A DNA stretch of 62,177 nt, counting the filler, from Pseudomonadota bacterium (GTDB taxonomy: Bacteria; Bdellovibrionota_F; JAHFAK01; JBDREC01): assembly GCA_043820105.1 (NCBI GenBank). It is 5 parts of 5 records of this genome, joined end to end, with 100 filler letters (N's around TTAATTAATTAA, not from the genome) between each part and the next. Parts side by side here need not be neighbours in the genome. Positions count along the whole stretch, not along the records: positions 55,054 to 62,177 come from JBDREC010000058.1; 4 more parts are not named here. One strand, 5' to 3'. Positions within the stretch are counted from its first letter, which is position 1; every line of letters starts with the position of its first letter. Positions 57,663 to 62,177 of the stretch are shown one piece after another. Below the pieces are notes generated by a model, which saw only the letters and a program-made list of their open reading frames with translations, did no database searches and was not told the DNA's origin. A program made the translations under genes and the position numbers.

Positions 57663-58508
57663 CTAGGTGATTTCATTGCAAATTTTATTATACTCACATC
57701 CTTTGCACATCCAAGATTGATTTTCATAGAAAATGCAGTTTCTAATTGCTCGGAGAATTTGATTGAGATTATTTACAAATCGTTTATCATCTTCCTTAGT
57801 TCTAGTTGTTATTTGTGAATTTAGAGTAGGAGATTTAGTTTTGGTGAGAATATTATATTGAATCTTTATTCTGTCCTGATCTTTGAACTCCTGCAAGCTT
57901 CTTGCTGCATAAGTGTAGACGGATGAATCAAGCATGATATCAGCTTGTCCTTCACCCCATCTTCTAGCTGCTGTTTTAAACTCATGGATTACATATTTAC
58001 CATTTTGATCTTCTTCAATAAAATCAAATGAGCCAATCATATTTACCTTTTGAGCATCTCCTTTAGGATCAAGGAGGATGATTTTAATACAGAATGGCAG
58101 TTCAACCGCTACAATCTTACTAAACTTAAACTCATTATAAAACACTTCAAGCATCTTGCAGCCAGTTTCATAAAGAGATTCTTTGGTATTGCTGTTTGTA
58201 AATCTAATTGGTTTTAAACACTGATTATCCCACTGTATCTTGAATTCCTGTAATAACTCATCTAAGGACTTCTTAATTTCAGTATCCTTTATATGTGATA
58301 GATATGAGGCTATAATTCCATGAATTGAAACTCCAAAAAGCAATGCACATGAAATGAATTCTGATGCTATCTTATCAATATATCGAAATTTGTACTTTTT
58401 AGAGCACGATAAATAGCAATTAAGCTGACTTTTGGATAAGTGAGGCTTTTTACGTAGATCCTGTAATGTTATATAGTTTTTAACTAATGAACTATTATTA
58501 TTGTTCAT
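57663..58508 (-). CDS. PD-(D/E)XK nuclease of RecB/AddB/Cas4-like type with Fe-S-type Cys set
   Basis: HLSKSQLNCYLSC, GSFD...HEFKT and C-terminal CKGCEYNKIC. Confidence 0.88.
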   Translation of the reverse strand: MNNNNSSLVKNYITLQDLRKKPHLSKSQLNCYLSCSKKYKFRYIDKIASEFISCALLFGVSIHGIIASYLSHIKDTEIKKSLDELLQEFKIQWDNQCLKPIRFTNSNTKESLYETGCKMLEVFYNEFKFSKIVAVELPFCIKIILLDPKGDAQKVNMIGSFDFIEEDQNGKYVIHEFKTAARRWGEGQADIMLDSSVYTYAARSLQEFKDQDRIKIQYNILTKTKSPTLNSQITTRTKEDDKRFVNNLNQILRAIRNCIFYENQSWMCKGCEYNKICNEIT

Positions 58509-58543
58509 GGTGTATCTCCTGCTTTAAATGATTAAATAAAAAC

Positions 58544-58583
58544 AAAGAAAGCCTGACACTCATACAGAATAGCATCAGGCTTT
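58544..58583 (-). terminator. Terminator-like hairpin in a gene leader
   Basis: AAAGCCTGATGCT...AGTGTCAGGCTTTCTTT. Confidence 0.65.
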
Positions 58584-58601
58584 ATGGATTGAGTTAGAGA
58601 A

Positions 58602-59318
58602 CTAGCAGGCTAGTACTTCTGAGATAAGAGTTGATGCCTCATCTTTAGAGAGAGAATCAACGCACTTATGAAAGGTTTCTGAGGCTTTTGACTTAAGGTC
58701 TATGTTCTTTTGCTGAGCAATATCTACTAGAAAGTTCAATTGCTTTTGTGTCATCTTTGAAAATTCCTCTTCACAAGATCCTTTATTATTCTCTGAATTA
58801 TTGTTCCAACCATTTCTATCTTCTCCGTTTCCACCGTCTTTCTTCTCATCCTGTTGAAGTGAACTCCTTAATTGATTGTCAGAATAGACTTTAGGATCAG
58901 ATTTGGCTTTGCTCTCACCTTTGTAGAGATAAAGACCAATTCCAAGTAGAGTCGCAGTTTTCTTAAGAGCATCTGAAGACGCTGCTTTGAACGCATCTCC
59001 ATAGTTAGTGGGTTTGTCCTTATCATTCCCATTTGATAATTTCCACGACCCGAACTGTTCTTTGGTTACGCCCTTGGCTGAGAGTCTTCCTAATACAATC
59101 AATTCATCTCTAATGATCTCATGCTTGATGACTTCGAAAGACCAATTGGCATTGAAAGCATTGTTAAGTCTTTCAATAATAGCCCAGGCTTCAATATAGT
59201 TTAGAGTATCTCCATTGAAACCTTTCCGATTCTTAATGACAGATTCAGGAAACTCCTCTTCACAGATTGCCCTGTTAAGAGTTAAGTCTTGGATTAGATT
59301 TTGGTGATTTGTTAACAT
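58602..59318 (-). CDS. Rad52/Rad22-family (Sak-like) single-strand annealing protein
   Basis: LNYIEAWAIIERLNNAF, WSFEV and KAASSDALKKTATLLGIGLYLY motifs; C-terminal MTQKQ...LSKDEASTLI; start at the ATG at 59318 after GGAGG. Confidence 0.88.
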   Translation of the reverse strand: MLTNHQNLIQDLTLNRAICEEEFPESVIKNRKGFNGDTLNYIEAWAIIERLNNAFNANWSFEVIKHEIIRDELIVLGRLSAKGVTKEQFGSWKLSNGNDKDKPTNYGDAFKAASSDALKKTATLLGIGLYLYKGESKAKSDPKVYSDNQLRSSLQQDEKKDGGNGEDRNGWNNNSENNKGSCEEEFSKMTQKQLNFLVDIAQQKNIDLKSKASETFHKCVDSLSKDEASTLISEVLAC

Positions 59319-59507
59319 AACACCCTCCATATAAAATTAAATTAATAATAAATGACTAAAATATGTCTGAGGCTATGCTCAGATTTGCTTGAAAACAGCC
59401 TCGTGGCTGCACTTTTTGAACCCTAGGAATAGAGTTTTAGGCTGGGTAATAGTAAGGTATACCCCTTTCACTGTTGAGATAGGTTTTCTTTAGCTACATG
59501 CACATTT

Positions 59508-59690
59508 CTAACATTGACCAATAACATAGTGATCTAGCTTCTCCTGATTATCCTTAACAATGGAAATAGACTCTTCGAGCATCTTAAGCTGCTTTTGAGC
59601 TACTTCATTCTCTGGATCATCTTTGAGAATTTGGTTCAGCTGTATAGCTGCTATGAATTGATGAATTAATAATGATACTGTATCTTCCAT
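59508..59690 (-). CDS. Small hypothetical protein
   Basis: AAGGAGG RBS; 60 aa. Confidence 0.65.
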   Translation of the reverse strand: MEDTVSLLIHQFIAAIQLNQILKDDPENEVAQKQLKMLEESISIVKDNQEKLDHYVIGQC

Positions 59691-59718
59691 GATAAATCCT
59701 CCTTGATATTTGGTTAAT

Positions 59719-59753
59719 AAAAAAGCCCAGGGGGCATCGCTGCCAACTGAGCT
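59719..59753 (-). terminator. Terminator-like hairpin in a gene leader
   Basis: AGCTCAG-TT-GGCA-GCGA-TGCC-CC-CTGGGCT followed by a T-run. Confidence 0.65.
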
Positions 59754-59789
59754 ACTTAGAAATGTAATGACATTTAATAGTAGAAATAC

Positions 59790-59948
59790 TTACGCAGCCA
59801 GAGTCTTATCCGACCTCTCCTTCATTGCCTTATCAAACACAAGTTTTGAAAATTTAACAAAAGTCTCTTCAATCTTTGGATCAAGATTGAACCTTTGAAA
59901 TAGGCTTCTAACTGGAACCAAAAACCGTAGAATTGTTGTATAATACAT
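59790..59948 (-). CDS. Small hypothetical protein (52 aa, MYYTTILRFLVPVRSLFQRF...), not in the ORF track
   Basis: AAGGAGG RBS; in frame to the TAA at 59790. Confidence 0.6.
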   Translation of the reverse strand: MYYTTILRFLVPVRSLFQRFNLDPKIEETFVKFSKLVFDKAMKERSDKTLAA

Positions 59949-60021
59949 AAAGTCCTCCTTTATAGCCTTTCGCTCAGGCTATTTAATGATTAATAAATTG
60001 TAAGGATTGGTTAAACAGGAT

Positions 60022-60207
60022 TTAATCTTGCATAGGATTTATACCGAAAAGCTTCTTAGAAAACCACATGGATGTTAAAAGATATCCATGAGTGATAGAC
60101 TTCCTAAGTGGTGGGAACAACGCATATATAATAAATACGGTTGTTGTAAGTAGAATGGCTAAAAGATAAATTGGGAACAAGAGAATTGCTAATGCTAAAG
60201 CCTTCAT
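60022..60207 (-). CDS. Small membrane protein
   Basis: GGAGG RBS before the ATG at 60207; long hydrophobic segment. Confidence 0.6.
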   Translation of the reverse strand: MKALALAILLFPIYLLAILLTTTVFIIYALFPPLRKSITHGYLLTSMWFSKKLFGINPMQD

Positions 60208-60362
60208 AAAAACCTCCATAAAATTAAGTTAATAATATAGAAAAGGGGGTGGGCTCGGAAAGATTAGGATCCCTATTGGAAATTAATTTCATTCCAGGAG
60301 GTCAGAAAATTTATTTTGGAAATAAATTATTAATTGAAAAAATTTTTATTTTAATGTATTGA

Positions 60363-61265
60363 ATGACAATTACTTTTACTTTTGTGTTTAACATTATAGA
60401 TATGAATAAAAATCTTATAAAAGAGATATTCCCAAATTCCGAAGACCCCAAATCAATACTATTGGGATTATATTTTCCTAATAAAGACAGATATGGAAAT
60501 ATTATTAAAGACATTTCAGAATGGATAAACAAAGCCCAGACATTGCTTGGACATATTGCAAATGGATCAAATCAGATCTTATCAAAAAGCTCGTGGTTTT
60601 CTGGTTCTGAAAAAAAACTTATATTTGAAGATACAATTATTGTAACCTCATTTCTAAAAGCAGAAAATCAAAAGGCATGTTTGAGGGCAATAAAAACATT
60701 ACTTTTTGACTTTGGAAAAAAAACAAATCAAGAAGTAGTTGCATTTGAATATTGTGGAGATTTTATTCAAATCCCTATCGAAAAATTAAATAAAGCGCAA
60801 AATTTATTATCAAAGGATTATATTACAAACAAGGGATATTTAAATAAAGAATACCTATCTAAAGAGTATACAAACCGAATTTCTGAAAAGGTTAAAAAAT
60901 TTTCAGATTTAGGCGATTCACTGGGTTTAAATGCTTATTATAATTATGATATTAATGTCTTTTGTAAATTGTGTGGTTATTTTCCTATTAAAGAAGTTTT
61001 TACATTGCAAAATTTATTTACTAAGTTAACGATTGATCTTGGAAATAAATGTATTCTTAATTATCAAGAAGCTTTTAAAAATATTTACAACGAAAATATT
61101 CAAATTTATTTCCCACCGAAGTTAAGCCATCTGGCGGCATCTATAAATAATAAAAAACCTGGTGCTATATCAATAGACCCATCTAGATGGGATGATTCAA
61201 AACTTGAGTTTTACATGACTCAAGATCCATCCGAATCTGACATATTTCCAGAAGATATCTATTAA
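60363..61265 (+). CDS. Hypothetical protein with a possible N-terminal PII-like/DUF3574-like domain
   Basis: LYFPNKDRYG...W...EDTIIVTSF...FGKKTNQEVV pattern; the start may be 60402. Confidence 0.5.
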   Translation: MTITFTFVFNIIDMNKNLIKEIFPNSEDPKSILLGLYFPNKDRYGNIIKDISEWINKAQTLLGHIANGSNQILSKSSWFSGSEKKLIFEDTIIVTSFLKAENQKACLRAIKTLLFDFGKKTNQEVVAFEYCGDFIQIPIEKLNKAQNLLSKDYITNKGYLNKEYLSKEYTNRISEKVKKFSDLGDSLGLNAYYNYDINVFCKLCGYFPIKEVFTLQNLFTKLTIDLGNKCILNYQEAFKNIYNENIQIYFPPKLSHLAASINNKKPGAISIDPSRWDDSKLEFYMTQDPSESDIFPEDIY

Positions 61266-61731
61266 TTAAATTAACAATGCAAGAACAGTGGTAATTATTG
61301 ATTTCAATATAAATGAAATTAAAAAAACAATTCCAGAGAAAGACCAATTTTAGAAAATTATTATCTTCCTAGCAACATATCATTATTATATGCTAGCTCT
61401 GATGTAGGGATAGAAAATGCTGTAAATAAAAGGTTTAAATACTGCGATAAGAATCCAAAAAATCTTTTTAAATTAATTGTTGATTACATGAATTATTCTA
61501 ATGATATTAAAGAAGTTGATTCTGAATATTTTACTCATATTAGTTATTGGGAATTTGAAGAAAAAAACACAGTATAATTAACAATTGATTTTTAAAAAGA
61601 AATAGATTTTATATAAAAATCACTATTGGTGTAAAAATAATTTTATTAACTATTGATATTTACAATAATTAATATAGTTAAAATTTATATTATTTAATTA
61701 TCTTATCCTAAAAAGAAGGAGTTGCTAAAAT

Positions 61732-62091
61732 ATGGCAAGCTTAAATGAGCACATTTTAGAAATCAGATATGAACCAAATCCCTTAATATTAGATAAAAGG
61801 GGTGAGTGGGCAGATAAAATTTCAAAAGAATTGAAATTCCCTGAATGGAGAGTCACTAATAATAGAATTGATGTGTTTGATAATAATACAACCTTTAGGG
61901 GATTTATTGGATTTAGAAATGCGGGTTTTACAGCTCAAGATACATCTTCGAAATCTGTTTTTAAAGATCATTCTTCGAAATTTATAAAATTTATTTTTGA
62001 TTTAGAAACGTTTAGTGAAAAATTACATATTCAAAGAATGAAGAGCATTTTATCGATAGTGCCTCAAAAGAGATTCGAGCTTAAAATATAG
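61732..62091 (+). CDS. Hypothetical protein (possibly TIGR04255-like N-terminus), may be interrupted near 62040
   Basis: AAGGAG RBS; EHILEIRYEP...DKRG N-terminus. Confidence 0.5.
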   Translation: MASLNEHILEIRYEPNPLILDKRGEWADKISKELKFPEWRVTNNRIDVFDNNTTFRGFIGFRNAGFTAQDTSSKSVFKDHSSKFIKFIFDLETFSEKLHIQRMKSILSIVPQKRFELKI

Positions 62092-62177
62092 GCAAATGGC
62101 ATTATCGATAAAATTTATTGAACTAAGCCGACTGAGGCAAGGGACATTGAATTATCTATTATATGGGGATAGTATTA

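Noticed and set aside
57663-58508. Cas4-like nuclease as evidence of a CRISPR-Cas system
   Set aside because: No cas1/cas2 or other cas genes and no repeat-spacer array are visible; the context is an SSAP recombination module
3066-59199. Numerous short antisense or alternate-frame ORFs overlapping long genes (e.g. 5445-5882, 16029-16574, 21203-21676)
   Set aside because: They are shadow ORFs of well-supported genes, with no RBS or recognisable motifs
59735-59756. GTAGCTCAGTTGGCAG on the minus strand resembling a tRNA D-arm
   Set aside because: No anticodon arm, T-arm or acceptor stem follows; the sequence is explained by a terminator-like hairpin

Overview
This AT-rich window is five contigs joined by artificial N-spacers carrying TTAATTAATTAA (8016-8115, 38880-38979, 50458-50557, 54954-55053), so linkage across the spacers is not biological. 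Contig 1 (1-8015) is a CDP-sugar/branched-chain sugar cluster: B12-radical SAM, rfbF, rfbG, a dmpF/dmpG-type pair, a YerE-like ThDP enzyme and an Ldh_2 fragment. Its two divergent genes have archaeal-style TATA promoters, so it may come from a different organism. Contigs 2-3 (8116-50457) look deltaproteobacterial/Bdellovibrionota-like. They carry a gspCDEFGHIJKLMN type II secretion operon, pdxA, namZ, a type IVa pilin, IS21 ends, many heptamer/octamer tandem repeats and a series of orphan signal-peptide proteins. Directly upstream of the T2SS operon lies a 1661-aa sigma54 activator with an unusual architecture: catalytically dead XerC/D-like domain, STAND NTPase, TPRs, GAF, AAA+ and HTH. Sigma54 -24/-12 motifs precede the T2SS operon, most of the orphan secreted genes and a candidate ~140-nt structured sRNA. 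Two of the orphans end in C-x-x-L-F. Together these suggest a sigma54-controlled secreted arsenal. Contig 4 has MFS and amidohydrolase fragments, a Fic toxin and REP-like repeats. Contig 5 is a mobile-element-like region with a TIR/SEFIR protein bearing a gp25-like C-terminal domain, plus a hairpin-punctuated Rad52-SSAP / PD-(D/E)XK nuclease / ArdC module. All calls come from motif reading only; no searches were run.
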